A DNA stretch of 64,000 nucleotides. Source: Oscillospiraceae bacterium (GTDB taxonomy: Bacteria > Bacillota > Clostridia > UMGS1810). The first letter of the stretch is position 1. The number at the start of each line of letters is the position of its first letter. The stretch is taken from contig SVJZ01000006.1 in the NCBI GenBank assembly GCA_015068705.1, positions 2,851 through 66,850 on the forward strand. The letters are read 5' to 3'. This document shows, piece by piece, positions 38,318 to 48,299 of this stretch. The notes under the pieces were generated by a model that saw nothing but the letters and a program-made list of their open reading frames with translations, was not told the DNA's origin and searched no databases. The translations under genes were made by a program, and so were the position numbers.

Positions 38318-39676
38318 ATGATTAATCAATTTGAAGTGATTGAAACGCTGAAAATGATCAGTGAGGAAAATCTGGACATCCGTACCATTACCATGGGTAT
38401 TTCCTTGTTGGACTGTGCTTGCGACGATATCGAGATTTCCGCGCAAAAGGTTTATGATAAGATTACAAAAAAAGCCGAACATCTGGTGAAGGTGGGCGAG
38501 GATATCGAACGTGAATATGGTATTCCCATCATCAACAAGCGGATCTCGGTAACACCAATTTCCCTGATTGGCGGTGCAACCGGTGCAAAGAGCTATGTAC
38601 CATATGCGCGTGCGCTTGATCGTGCCGCAAAGCAGGTGGGCGTGAATTTTATTGGTGGGTTTTCTGCGTTGGTGCACAAAGGGGAAACGGTAGGGGACAC
38701 TGTTCTCATCAATTCCATCCCCGAGGCGTTGTCTACCACTGATATCGTATGCTCTTCGGTTAATGTTGGCTCCACCCGTGCAGGTATCAATATGGACGCA
38801 GTGGCACGGATGGGAGAAATTATCAAAGAAACTGCAGAACGAACTGCAGATAGTGATGGATTTGGTTGTGCAAAACTGGTTGTATTTTGTAACGCCGTTG
38901 AGGACAACCCCTTTATGGCAGGGGCATTTCACGGTGTGGGTGAGGCTGACAGTATTATCAATGTCGGCGTCAGTGGTCCCGGCGTGGTAAAATGCGCATT
39001 GGAGCAGGTAAAGGGCGAGCCGTTTGGTGTGGTTGCCGAAACGGTGAAAAAAACTGCGTTTAAGATTACCCGAATGGGGCAGTTGGTGGCGCAGGAGGCA
39101 TCCCGCCGGTTGGGCGTGCCGTTTGGCATTGTGGACCTGTCCCTTGCACCCACTCCTGCGGTAGGTGACAGTGTTGCTTATATTCTGGAGGAGATGGGTC
39201 TGGAAAAATGCGGAACGCATGGAACTACCGCTGCACTGGCTCTTTTAAATGACGCAGTAAAGAAAGGCGGCGTTTTTGCATCCTCCTATGTAGGTGGTCT
39301 GTCGGGCGCATTTATTCCCGTCAGCGAGGATGCCGGTATGATCAGTGCGGCATCGTGCGGTGCACTGTCTTTGGAAAAACTGGAAGCAATGACCTGCGTG
39401 TGCTCGGTGGGATTGGACATGATTGTTGTACCGGGTGACACTTCTGCTCAGACTATTTCTGGTATCATTGCCGATGAAGCGGCAATTGGTATGGTGAATA
39501 ACAAGACCACTGCCGTACGTTTAATCCCTGCCCCGGGCAAAAAAGTGGGGGATGTGGTGGAATTTGGTGGCTTGCTCGGAACCGGACCGGTTATGGCGGT
39601 AAGCAGCTACGACAACAGCGCATTTATCGGTCGCGGCGGAAGAATTCCTGCGCCCATTCATAGCCTGCGCAACTAA
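38318..39676 (+). CDS. UPF0210 / DUF711 (PFL-like) family protein
   Basis: 452 aa. Motifs: [46 protein letters not shown]. These match the UPF0210 family, which is usually partnered with the ACT protein. Confidence 0.8.
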   Translation: MINQFEVIETLKMISEENLDIRTITMGISLLDCACDDIEISAQKVYDKITKKAEHLVKVGEDIEREYGIPIINKRISVTPISLIGGATGAKSYVPYARALDRAAKQVGVNFIGGFSALVHKGETVGDTVLINSIPEALSTTDIVCSSVNVGSTRAGINMDAVARMGEIIKETAERTADSDGFGCAKLVVFCNAVEDNPFMAGAFHGVGEADSIINVGVSGPGVVKCALEQVKGEPFGVVAETVKKTAFKITRMGQLVAQEASRRLGVPFGIVDLSLAPTPAVGDSVAYILEEMGLEKCGTHGTTAALALLNDAVKKGGVFASSYVGGLSGAFIPVSEDAGMISAASCGALSLEKLEAMTCVCSVGLDMIVVPGDTSAQTISGIIADEAAIGMVNNKTTAVRLIPAPGKKVGDVVEFGGLLGTGPVMAVSSYDNSAFIGRGGRIPAPIHSLRN

Positions 39677-39734
39677 TGGGTTCGACAAATTTCATCATTT
39701 TTTAAAAATGGGACTACTCAAACGGAGATTTGTG

Positions 39735-39791
39735 TGTTAAAATGAAATGTACAGCACGATAAAATGTGCAACACATTAAGATGTACAGCGC
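39735..39791 (+). promoter_or_regulatory. putative extended -10 promoter followed by three 11-nt direct repeats at exact 17-nt spacing
   Basis: TGTTAAAAT at 39735-39743. Repeats ATGTACAGCAC (39747), ATGTGCAACAC (39764) and ATGTACAGCGC (39781). Located upstream of the DnaD-like gene. Confidence 0.45.
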
Positions 39792-39830
39792 ATTTTTGCG
39801 TTCCACATGATACATATGGAGGTTAGTCGA

Positions 39831-40811
39831 TTGTCTGCGATACATATTCGTCAAAAATCTGCATCTTTTTCGGTGCCCGTCCGTTTTGTGGACGAGCTTC
39901 TTCGGGATGCAAACCCGACCTTTGTTAAGGTGTATTTATATGCCCTGCGCCATTGTTGTGACAGTGACGCGCTTTCGGTTTCCCGTATCGCAGAGGCACT
40001 CGATATTCTGGCAACCGATGTGTTGATTGCATTCCGGTATTGGAACGGGGTATCAGCACTGCGTTTTTCGGAAAATGAGGATGGCAGTTTTGAACTGGCA
40101 TTTGACGAGATTCCTTTGACCAAACGAAGCGAAACTCAACAAATCACCGAAAAGCCTGCCAAAAAGCAGGTGAGGGGTGTACCGGCATATTCCATTGATG
40201 ATGTCAATCAATCGGCGCAAAATCCTGCGCTTAAAAATATGTATATGATTTGTGGGCAGATTTTGAATAAAACCTTAAACCACAATGATTTGCGATTGCT
40301 CTACGGATTTTATGACTGGTATCAGCTTCCGGTAGAGGTAATCATGATGCTTCTGGAATATTGTGTGTCCATCGGAAAGACAGACATGCGCTATATCGAA
40401 AAGGTTGCCTGCACCTGGGCAGACAATAATATTGTTACTCTGGATGCTGCAAATACCTATGTGCAAAAGCAAACAACAGACCGATTGATGGAAAAACGGA
40501 TTATGCGTATCCTGCAAATCAGTGGAAGAGAACTGACCGAAACAGAACGGCGATATATCAACACCTGGGTGAATGTCTATAAAGCGACCGATGCCCAGAT
40601 TAAGTCAGCTTACGAAACCACTGTGCTCAACACCGGCAAGGTTGCGTTTAAATATCTGGACACAGTGCTCAAAAATGCCAATGCACCTGCAAAACCAAAT
40701 CAAAATACACCAACGCGCAATAGCGGTTTGCGTAATTTTACAACCGAAACCGAATTGTCTGAACTGGAACTGTCTATGGTGCGTAGCAGAATTGCCAAGG
40801 GTGGCAACTGA
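39831..40811 (+). CDS. DnaD-domain replication initiation / helicase-loading protein (DnaB/DnaD-like)
   Basis: TTG 39831 lies 6 nt after a GGAGGT SD. N-terminal winged-helix-like FVKVYLYALRH. DDBH2 signature Y-x3-[IV]-x3-W in MRYIEKVACTWADN. Confidence 0.75.
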   Translation: MSAIHIRQKSASFSVPVRFVDELLRDANPTFVKVYLYALRHCCDSDALSVSRIAEALDILATDVLIAFRYWNGVSALRFSENEDGSFELAFDEIPLTKRSETQQITEKPAKKQVRGVPAYSIDDVNQSAQNPALKNMYMICGQILNKTLNHNDLRLLYGFYDWYQLPVEVIMMLLEYCVSIGKTDMRYIEKVACTWADNNIVTLDAANTYVQKQTTDRLMEKRIMRILQISGRELTETERRYINTWVNVYKATDAQIKSAYETTVLNTGKVAFKYLDTVLKNANAPAKPNQNTPTRNSGLRNFTTETELSELELSMVRSRIAKGGN

Positions 40812-40846
40812 ACATTTGTACAAAGGAGGTAATCCCCATCGACCGA

Positions 40847-41857
40847 ATGAATCGAATCAGAGAAATGGTATTGTCGCAATATACACAGATGCAACAGGCG
40901 CGAAAGGCGCAGGCAGAGGCACGCGCAAGGGCGATTGAGGAGCAAATACCGGAAATTGCGCAGATCGACCACGAAATCGCAACACTTGGCATCAAAAGTG
41001 CGGCGGCAATGATAAAAACCGGCGCAGATGCCCAGGATTGCCTTAAGGATATGAAAGAGGCAGTTGCATTACTCAAAGAAAGAAAAAACAAGCTTTTGGA
41101 AGAACATGGCGTGGGCGAAGGCTATGCCGACCTCCCGTATGCGTGTGATACCTGCCGGGATACCGGTATGGTTGATGGTGTACCCTGTCGGTGCTATCGT
41201 GATAAGGTAAAAAAACTCATTACCGAAACAGCATCCCGTTTGTCCGGTCCTGCTCCTGATTTGGAATCACAGAATTTTTCCAAGTTTGATTTTCGATATT
41301 TTGATGCAAATCGTACGGACGCTTTGTTGGGGATAACTCCGCTGGAAAATATGAAAAGTATCTATGGGGTGTGCAAAGAGTTTTGCGATCAATTTTCCAG
41401 GGAAAATAAAAATCTGTTTTTATATGGTGCTCCCGGAACAGGAAAAACCTTTATGACCTGTTGCATCACAAAAGAGCTTTCAGACAAAGGTTTTGCCGTG
41501 CTTTATCAGAGTGCCTACAAATTATTTTCCTTTTTAGAGGATTTAAAATTTGACCGTGTGGACCGGTCGGATGGCTCTTTACTGAAAGAGGCAATTTATG
41601 GTTGCGATTTGCTGGTGATTGACGACTTTGGCACAGAGTATGCAGGTCCGTTTGCACAGGCGGCATTTTTTGATTTGCTCAATTCCCGTCTGATGGATAA
41701 AAAGAGCACGGTAATCAGTTCCAATATGGGGCTTTCGGATATTGAAAAAACTTATTCCGGTCGGGTATCCTCGCGCATTGCGGGAGAATTTATGCTTCTG
41801 CGTTTTGCAGGAGAGGATATTCGTTGTCTGAAACAAAAAGAACGTTACAACGGATAA
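40847..41857 (+). CDS. DnaC/DnaI-like AAA+ helicase loader
   Basis: N-terminal Cys cluster YACDTCRDTGMVDGVPCRCY. Walker A LYGAPGTGKTF. Walker B LLVIDDFGTE. Confidence 0.85.
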   Translation: MNRIREMVLSQYTQMQQARKAQAEARARAIEEQIPEIAQIDHEIATLGIKSAAAMIKTGADAQDCLKDMKEAVALLKERKNKLLEEHGVGEGYADLPYACDTCRDTGMVDGVPCRCYRDKVKKLITETASRLSGPAPDLESQNFSKFDFRYFDANRTDALLGITPLENMKSIYGVCKEFCDQFSRENKNLFLYGAPGTGKTFMTCCITKELSDKGFAVLYQSAYKLFSFLEDLKFDRVDRSDGSLLKEAIYGCDLLVIDDFGTEYAGPFAQAAFFDLLNSRLMDKKSTVISSNMGLSDIEKTYSGRVSSRIAGEFMLLRFAGEDIRCLKQKERYNG

Positions 41858-41882
41858 ATTTGCTGCATGGAGGGAACAACCT

Positions 41883-42749
41883 ATGTTGTTGGCTGATGGT
41901 TGGAAGGATTATAGATTAATAGATGCCGCACATGGCGAAAAATTGGAATATTGGGGGAAATACTGCTTGCGTCGTCCTGATCCGCAGGCAATCTGGGCTG
42001 ATCGCTCGGATGCCCCAGCGTGGAAAAGAGCAGATGCCCATTACCACCGCAGCTCTTCGGGTGGTGGTCACTGGGAGTATGCCAGAAAACTTCCCGAAAA
42101 TTGGCAGATTTCCTATCGCAACCTGACTTTTAATATCAAGCCAATGGGATTTAAGCATACCGGCTTGTTTCCCGAACAGGCGGCTAACTGGGACTATATG
42201 ACCGATGTGATTTCAAAGCAAAAGCAACCAGTGAGACTTCTCAACCTTTTTGCCTATACCGGCGGTGCAACGGTTGCTGCTGCAGCGGCAGGTGCCGAGG
42301 TGGTGCATGTGGATGCGGCAAAGGGAATGGTTTCTTGGGCAAAGGAAAATGCCGCATCTTCCGGTTTGGCAGACTGTCCCATCCGATATATCGTGGATGA
42401 TGTGGTAAAATTTGTCGAACGTGAAATACGGCGCGGTCGCAGTTATGAATGTATCGTAATGGATCCACCCTCTTACGGGAGAGGACCCAAGGGGGAGGTT
42501 TGGAAATTTGAAGACGAACTTTACCCATTGGTGGAAAAATGTGCAAAGCTTTTGTCGGACAGGGCGCTCTTTCTGATGGTAAATTCCTATACCACTGGCA
42601 TTTCACCGACTGTGGTAAAGAATGTATTAAATCTTACCCTGACTCGTACCCGTGGTGGGCGCGCAACCGCAGACGAACTTGCGTTGCCCATAGGAAAAAC
42701 AGGAATGGTGTTACCCTGCGGTTCTACCGCCCGGTGGCAAAGCTTTTGA
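41883..42749 (+). CDS. class I SAM-dependent methyltransferase (RlmI/RlmK-like catalytic domain, no PUA)
   Basis: SAM-binding motif LNLFAYTGGATVAAAAAGA and the CIVMDPPSYG (DPP) motif. Confidence 0.75.
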   Translation: MLLADGWKDYRLIDAAHGEKLEYWGKYCLRRPDPQAIWADRSDAPAWKRADAHYHRSSSGGGHWEYARKLPENWQISYRNLTFNIKPMGFKHTGLFPEQAANWDYMTDVISKQKQPVRLLNLFAYTGGATVAAAAAGAEVVHVDAAKGMVSWAKENAASSGLADCPIRYIVDDVVKFVEREIRRGRSYECIVMDPPSYGRGPKGEVWKFEDELYPLVEKCAKLLSDRALFLMVNSYTTGISPTVVKNVLNLTLTRTRGGRATADELALPIGKTGMVLPCGSTARWQSF

Positions 42750-42776
42750 TAAACGCAATATAAGGAGGAACCATCC

Positions 42777-43616
42777 TTGATCGAGATACAAAACCTCACA
42801 TATACCTATGATGATGCCGAAAATGAAGTGGGAAAACTGGTGCTAAATGGCGTAAATCTTACCATTGCCGATGGTGAATTTGTAGCAGTACTTGGACGCA
42901 ACGGATCGGGAAAATCCACTCTTGCCAAGCAAATCAATGCCATATTGCTTCCCATGGGGGGCTATGTGTATGTGGATGGAATGGATACATTAGATGAAAA
43001 CAAATTATGGGATATCCGCCGCCGTGCTGCAATGGTTTTTCAAAATCCGGATAATCAGATTGTGGCTACCATTGTGGAGGAGGATGTGGCGTTCGCCGCG
43101 GAAAATCTGGGCGTTCCTTCTGCGGAAATCCGTCGTCGGGTGGATGACGCATTGGAAACGGTTGGCATGACCAAATATGCAAAGTATGCCCCTCATCTGC
43201 TTTCGGGTGGTCAGAAACAACGCATTGCCATTGCAGGGGTAATTGCCATGGAACCGGACATTATCGTGTTTGATGAGCCTACTGCGATGCTTGACCCCAT
43301 CGGCAGACGAGAGGTGCTTCGCACCATACGGCGGTTGAATCGAGAGTTGGGGATGACCATTGTGCTCATTACCCATAATATGGATGAGGCAGTGATGGCG
43401 GACCGCGTGGTAGTAATGGACCGCGGTCGTGTGATTGTGGACGATAAACCCCGTACGGTGTTTTCGGATGTGGAACGGATGAGAGAACTCGGGTTGGATG
43501 TCCCGCAGGCAACCCATCTGGCGTACCTGCTTCGAAAGGCGGGGATGGATATCCGTGCTGATATACTGGATGCGGAAGAATGTGTGGAGGAGCTGCTGAA
43601 ACAATGCCGATTGTAG
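42777..43616 (+). CDS. ecfA1: energy-coupling factor transporter ATPase
   Basis: TTG start after an AAGGAGG SD. Walker [10 protein letters not shown], signature [13 protein letters not shown], Walker B IIVFDEPT. Conserved ecfA1-ecfA2-ecfT-truA synteny. Confidence 0.92.
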   Translation: MIEIQNLTYTYDDAENEVGKLVLNGVNLTIADGEFVAVLGRNGSGKSTLAKQINAILLPMGGYVYVDGMDTLDENKLWDIRRRAAMVFQNPDNQIVATIVEEDVAFAAENLGVPSAEIRRRVDDALETVGMTKYAKYAPHLLSGGQKQRIAIAGVIAMEPDIIVFDEPTAMLDPIGRREVLRTIRRLNRELGMTIVLITHNMDEAVMADRVVVMDRGRVIVDDKPRTVFSDVERMRELGLDVPQATHLAYLLRKAGMDIRADILDAEECVEELLKQCRL

Positions 43617-44464
43617 TAAAAAACTTAATGCATACCTACGCCAAAAACGGTCCGTTTGAAAAAAATGCACTCAACAACATTTCGTTTTCGATAGAAGACG
43701 GCGAGTTTGTTGCGCTCATCGGGCATACCGGATCGGGAAAATCCACCCTGATTCAGCACCTGAATGGTTTGCTCAAGCCCGATTCCGGCTCGATTGAAAT
43801 AGACGGGGTGGATATTACTCAAAAGGGGGTAAAACTGTCTGCCGTCCGCGAAAAAGTCGGAATTGTGTTTCAGTATCCCGAATACCAGTTGTTTGAGGAA
43901 ACGGTATATAAAGATATTGCGTTCGGCCCGTCCAATCTTGGCTTGGATAAAGAAGAAATTGACCGCCGTGTACGTTCGGTTGCCGAGGCGGTGGGGCTTG
44001 CGGAAAAACATCTTACACGCTCTCCCTTTGAGCTTTCGGGTGGGCAAAAACGTCGTGTGGCAATTGCCGGCGTGCTTGCCATGGAGCCAAAAGTGCTGAT
44101 ACTGGACGAACCTACTGCCGGTCTTGATCCCGTGGGACGAGACGAGATTTTAAATCGTATCTGTGCACTCCATCGTGATCGTGGGATCACGGTCATTCTG
44201 GTGTCGCATTCCATGGAGGATGTGGCGCGCGTGGCACAACGGGTCATGGTTATGGCAGATGGCGAACTGAAACTGTTTGATACGGTTGACAAGGTGTTTC
44301 GTCATGCAGATCTACTCACTTCCATTGGATTGAATGTGCCGCAGGTAAGCCGCATTGTAGAGGCGCTCCGTGCAAGCGGCATGGACCTTTCGCCCGATAT
44401 TTACACAGTGGAACGCGCTGCCGAAGAAATATTGCGTTACCGGAAGGAGGCAGGATTATGCTAA
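43604..44464 (+). CDS. ecfA2: energy-coupling factor transporter ATPase
   Basis: Walker [10 protein letters not shown], signature [13 protein letters not shown], Walker [11 protein letters not shown] 43604 overlaps the ecfA1 3' end. Confidence 0.92.
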   Translation: MPIVVKNLMHTYAKNGPFEKNALNNISFSIEDGEFVALIGHTGSGKSTLIQHLNGLLKPDSGSIEIDGVDITQKGVKLSAVREKVGIVFQYPEYQLFEETVYKDIAFGPSNLGLDKEEIDRRVRSVAEAVGLAEKHLTRSPFELSGGQKRRVAIAGVLAMEPKVLILDEPTAGLDPVGRDEILNRICALHRDRGITVILVSHSMEDVARVAQRVMVMADGELKLFDTVDKVFRHADLLTSIGLNVPQVSRIVEALRASGMDLSPDIYTVERAAEEILRYRKEAGLC

Positions 44465-45276
44465 AAGACATCACGCTTGGTCAGTTTTATCCTGCAGAAT
44501 CTCCTGTTCATCGCATGGATCCCCGGGTAAAAATCATGGCAGCTCTGGCGTTTATCGTAGCAATCTTTTTTGTAGACAATCTGTGGGGATTTTTGTTTAC
44601 GGCTATTTTTGTGATTTGTGTGACAAAACTTTCTTCCCTGCGTCTTTCCATGGTGGTGCGTGGAATTAAACCAATTTTGTTTCTGGTGATGTTTACCGCG
44701 CTCATCAATATGTTTATGACCGGCGGTGAAATCGTAGTTTTGTTTGGTTATCCGCTGGAGTGGGGTCCTTTAAAGGTGTCAAGAGAGGGCGTATATAACG
44801 CCGTGGTGATGGCGCTTCGTTTGGTATTTCTGGTAACCGGTACATCCCTGCTTACTCTGACCACCTCACCCATTTTACTTACCGACGGAATTGAACGCCT
44901 GCTTTCGCCTTTCCGGAGGATCGGACTTCCGGCACATGAACTTGCCATGATGATGACCATTGCGCTGCGATTTATTCCGACATTATTGGAGGAAACCGAT
45001 AAAATCATGAAAGCGCAGATGGCACGAGGTGCGGATTTCGAAAGTGGCAACCTGATAAAACGTGCTAAGGCACTGATTCCTATATTGGTGCCACTATTTA
45101 TCAGCTCCTTCCGCCGTGCCGACGAACTGGCAACAGCCATGGAATGCCGTTGCTATCGGGGCGGAGAGGGGCGAACCCGGTTGCGTGAGCTGAAGATTTG
45201 TGGACGGGACTACGGTGCCGGAATTATCATGTTTTGCTTTATAACGGGCATCGCATTGCTTGGAATATACTGCTAA
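44458..45276 (+). CDS. ecfT: energy-coupling factor transporter transmembrane (T) component
   Basis: Multi-pass membrane protein carrying the EcfT coupling-helix Ala-Arg-Gly motif ([12 protein letters not shown], plus a degenerate second copy in the [11 protein letters not shown] stretch). Overlaps the ecfA2 stop. Confidence 0.9.
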   Translation: MLKDITLGQFYPAESPVHRMDPRVKIMAALAFIVAIFFVDNLWGFLFTAIFVICVTKLSSLRLSMVVRGIKPILFLVMFTALINMFMTGGEIVVLFGYPLEWGPLKVSREGVYNAVVMALRLVFLVTGTSLLTLTTSPILLTDGIERLLSPFRRIGLPAHELAMMMTIALRFIPTLLEETDKIMKAQMARGADFESGNLIKRAKALIPILVPLFISSFRRADELATAMECRCYRGGEGRTRLRELKICGRDYGAGIIMFCFITGIALLGIYC

Positions 45277-45294
45277 ATGGGGGTAATTTTGCCC

Positions 45295-46029
45295 ATGCGA
45301 AATTTGAAAATAACCCTTTGTTATGACGGAACAGACTATCATGGATGGCAACTCCAACCCGATTTAATTACCGTGCAGGAGGTTGTGCAGACTGCGCTGG
45401 AAAAAGTGTTTAAGGAAAAGGTGACGGTAAACGGATGCAGCCGCACCGATGCTGGTGTTCATGCAAGACAGTTTGTGTGCAATTGCCGCACCGGATGCTC
45501 CATTCCCGCATGCAAGGTGCCTGTGGCGGTAAACACTTATCTACCGTTGGATGTATCCATCTTAAAGTGCGAAGAGGTAGATGAGGAATTTCATGCACGG
45601 TTTGATACACTGGAAAAAACCTATTGCTACACCATATGGACGGGCGAGTTCCGGGATGTGTTTGCCAGAAACCATGAGTGGCATTATCACCGTACCTTGG
45701 ATGTTGATGCCATGCGGCGTGCGGCGGCTTATCTGATAGGAACACACGATTTTACCGCTTTTATGGCGGCAGGGAGTAATATCAAAACCACCGTTCGTAC
45801 AGTGCGTGATTTGCGAATCGATCAAGAGGGCGAGAGGATACGCATTTTTATTACTGCCGATGGTTACCTCTACAATATGGTGCGCATTATTGTTGGAACA
45901 TTGACCAATGTGGGAATTGGAAAAACCGCCCCCCATGATTTGCCTGATATTATTGCTTCGTGCGACAGAGTGCAGGCAGGGCCTACTGCACCGCCATGGG
46001 GACTGATGCTCTATGAGGTCCGTTATTGA
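45295..46029 (+). CDS. truA: tRNA pseudouridine(38-40) synthase
   Basis: Motifs: YDGTDYHGWQLQP, GCSRTDAGVHA (catalytic Asp), YLYNMVRIIVGTL. Confidence 0.93.
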   Translation: MRNLKITLCYDGTDYHGWQLQPDLITVQEVVQTALEKVFKEKVTVNGCSRTDAGVHARQFVCNCRTGCSIPACKVPVAVNTYLPLDVSILKCEEVDEEFHARFDTLEKTYCYTIWTGEFRDVFARNHEWHYHRTLDVDAMRRAAAYLIGTHDFTAFMAAGSNIKTTVRTVRDLRIDQEGERIRIFITADGYLYNMVRIIVGTLTNVGIGKTAPHDLPDIIASCDRVQAGPTAPPWGLMLYEVRY

Positions 46030-46032
46030 GCA

Positions 46033-46073
46033 AAAAAGCCGACTCCGTTCGAAATGACGGATGTCGGCTTTTT
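46033..46073. terminator. bidirectional terminator between convergent truA and deacetylase genes
   Basis: Stem AAAAAGCCGACTCCGT / ACGGATGTCGGCTTTTT with one bulge, flanked by A and T runs. Confidence 0.85.
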
Positions 46074-46081
46074 GTATGCAA

Positions 46082-46873
46082 TCATTGTAATGTTTCGGTA
46101 ATCTGCTCATTTGGAATTTGCTTGCCGGAATGATCAACGGTAAAGTTTTCTTTGTAAATCAGCTCGGAAATCGGTACAATGCGGTATCCGTCGTTAATGA
46201 GACTTTCAAGAATACGGGGCAGTGCTGCAGGGGTGTTTTTTGCGGCGTTATGAAATAGCACAATTGACCCCGGTTTTACACGTTTTACCACACGGTCATA
46301 AATGGCGTCCGGAGATAAATCTTTCCAGTCGAGAGAATCTACGTCCCATTGGATGGTATAATGCCCTGCCTCGCGCAAATTTTCAACCACAGCATCGTTG
46401 TAATCGCCATAGGGAGGACGAAACAGGGTAGGGCGCGCTCCGGTAATTGCCTCTATTTTATCATCGCACCCCTTTACCTGCGTGAGCATTTGTTCTTTGG
46501 AAAGTTTTGTCATATGTGGGTGGGTGTCCGAGTGATTCATAATTTCGTGCCCGGCTTGGTGCAATTCCTTTACCGATTCCGGAAATTTTTCCACCCATTC
46601 GCCCACCACAAAAAATGTAGTTTTTACTCCGTACTTTCCAAGGATTTCTATCAGGTCATGGGTATCTTCATTTCCCCAAGCGGCATCAAAACTGATGGAA
46701 CAGACCTTTTCATCTTTTTTATCTACGCAGTAAATAGGGAGGTCGCGTTTTGGGGAAGCAGATTCAAACACCGATACCGCTGAATCCCAGTTTAATCCGA
46801 TTAATCCGCAAACCAATACTGCAATCAAACAGTAAATAATAAGATTGTCTTTATGTATCACAAAAATTTTCAT
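46082..46873 (-). CDS. NodB-type polysaccharide deacetylase, membrane-anchored
   Basis: NodB motifs: SFDAAWG, HSDTHPH, RPPYG. N-terminal TM helix. ATG 46873 is preferred over the ORF start at 46936. Confidence 0.85.
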   Translation of the reverse strand: MKIFVIHKDNLIIYCLIAVLVCGLIGLNWDSAVSVFESASPKRDLPIYCVDKKDEKVCSISFDAAWGNEDTHDLIEILGKYGVKTTFFVVGEWVEKFPESVKELHQAGHEIMNHSDTHPHMTKLSKEQMLTQVKGCDDKIEAITGARPTLFRPPYGDYNDAVVENLREAGHYTIQWDVDSLDWKDLSPDAIYDRVVKRVKPGSIVLFHNAAKNTPAALPRILESLINDGYRIVPISELIYKENFTVDHSGKQIPNEQITETLQ

Positions 46874-46969
46874 AAAATCACTCCTGAAAAAAGATATATG
46901 TTTTATTTTATGGGATAAGAAGAGGGGATATACCAAATTTAAACCTCTGGATTTTTTTGTGCAAAATCA

Positions 46970-46998
46970 TTGACAAAGAAAAAAAATAAAGGTATAAT
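46970..46998 (+). promoter_or_regulatory. perfect-consensus sigma-A promoter (TTGACA-17-TATAAT) 160 nt upstream of the AraC gene
   Basis: TTGACA 46970-46975, a 17-nt spacer, then TATAAT 46993-46998. Confidence 0.65.
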
Positions 46999-47160
46999 CA
47001 TTTATAAATCCATTGGAGTAATTAGCTGATTTGATGTAAAAGGGCACAAAACTGTATAACAGGCAGTTTATTCTTTTACATGCAAAAACATACATTTACA
47101 TGTTGTTTGGGATTTGATATAATAAGTTTGCGTTCTTTTTTATAAAGGAGGGCGATTGCG

Positions 47161-48033
47161 TTGGGTGAAGATTTGGCATTTGGTAATGTGCCGCGTTTAA
47201 CCATGGATGAATACGATGGATGGAAAAGCGGGATTTATGTTAAACGCCAGATTGTAAACAGGGTGTTTTCCAATCACTGGCATGATCATTACGAGATTGA
47301 ATATATCACCGAGGGAACCGGCACACATATTTTTAACGGAGCAAAATATCCTATTTATCCCGGCACGCTGCACCTGCTTACCCCAACAGATTTTCATGAG
47401 CTGATTCCGGACGGCGTATTCCACGGTATCAAGATCAATTATCGGGAAAGCGATGTAGACCCCTTTATTTTAAATACCATTGTCGGTCTTTCCACCGGTG
47501 CGCCGGTATATATATCGCAAGAAGAACGACCGTTTTTCGACAATTTGTTTCAGCTGGTGGCACAGGAAACAGAATTGTACAAGCAATCCCCATATTTTGT
47601 GTCATCCCTGCAAAAGCTTGTTGAAATCATTTTGCTCAATATTGTCAACCATTTCAAACATAGCAGCGAAGACTCTGCCGATTTGAAGGGGGACTTTAAG
47701 GCGAATAACGAAAAAATCCAACATATTCTGGTGTATATTCATCAGAACTTCAAAAAATCATTGGATTTAAAAACAGTTGCAGAGGCAGCGCATTATTCCC
47801 CGTCCTATCTGAGCCGGATATTCCATCGTACCATGGGAATTTCCTTTAAGGCATATATCACCAATTTACGGATGAATTTTGCGGCAAATCTGATTTCCAA
47901 TACAGATATGAAAATTACCGATATCGGCTATGAAACGGGATTTAGCACGCTTTCGAATTTTACCAAGGAATTTAAAAGGATTTATCACATGTCCCCATCT
48001 GATTATCGGATGGCAAACAAACAACGCGACTAA
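47161..48033 (+). CDS. AraC-family transcriptional regulator (cupin sensor + HTH) heading the surface glycan locus
   Basis: TTG 47161 lies 8 nt after an AAGGAGGG SD. HTH motifs: LDLKTVAEAAHYSPSYLSRIFHRTMG and IGYETGFSTLSNFTKEFKRIYHMSPSDYR. Confidence 0.85.
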   Translation: MGEDLAFGNVPRLTMDEYDGWKSGIYVKRQIVNRVFSNHWHDHYEIEYITEGTGTHIFNGAKYPIYPGTLHLLTPTDFHELIPDGVFHGIKINYRESDVDPFILNTIVGLSTGAPVYISQEERPFFDNLFQLVAQETELYKQSPYFVSSLQKLVEIILLNIVNHFKHSSEDSADLKGDFKANNEKIQHILVYIHQNFKKSLDLKTVAEAAHYSPSYLSRIFHRTMGISFKAYITNLRMNFAANLISNTDMKITDIGYETGFSTLSNFTKEFKRIYHMSPSDYRMANKQRD

Positions 48034-48047
48034 TATAAAAGACCCAC

Positions 48048-48084
48048 AAAGACGTCAGAATTTTTTGGCGTCTTTTTCTTTATT
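48048..48084 (+). terminator. rho-independent terminator after the AraC gene
   Basis: Stem AAAGACGTC / GGCGTCTTT (one G-U pair) followed by TTCTTTATTT. Confidence 0.7.
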
Positions 48085-48165
48085 TAGCAAAAATTTTTTT
48101 GAAAATACCAAGAGAGGGGAGAAACATCAAAATCGCAAGAAAATATTCGAAAAATAGTTAAAACT

Positions 48166-48252
48166 GTCATTTTTTTGTTGATAAAAAGTCGTTTTTTTGT
48201 AAAAAGCAAGAAAACATTTGTTAAAACTTATCCAATGTTGGTCATTTTTTGT
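48166..48252 (+). promoter_or_regulatory. three direct repeats GTC[AG]T(6-7)GT, helically phased, upstream of the SLH-gene promoter (candidate AraC operator)
   Basis: GTCATTTTTTTGT 48166, GTCGTTTTTTTGT 48188 and GTCATTTTTTGT 48241. Spacings are 22 and 53 bp. The last repeat ends 19 nt before the putative -35. Confidence 0.4.
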
Positions 48253-48270
48253 CATCATAACATACAAATA

Positions 48271-48299
48271 TTGCAAAACTTTTTGATCTATTGTATACT
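48271..48299 (+). promoter_or_regulatory. putative sigma-A promoter of the surface glycan operon
   Basis: TTGCAA 48271-48276, a 17-nt spacer, then TATACT 48294-48299. About 105 nt upstream of ATG 48406. Confidence 0.5.
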
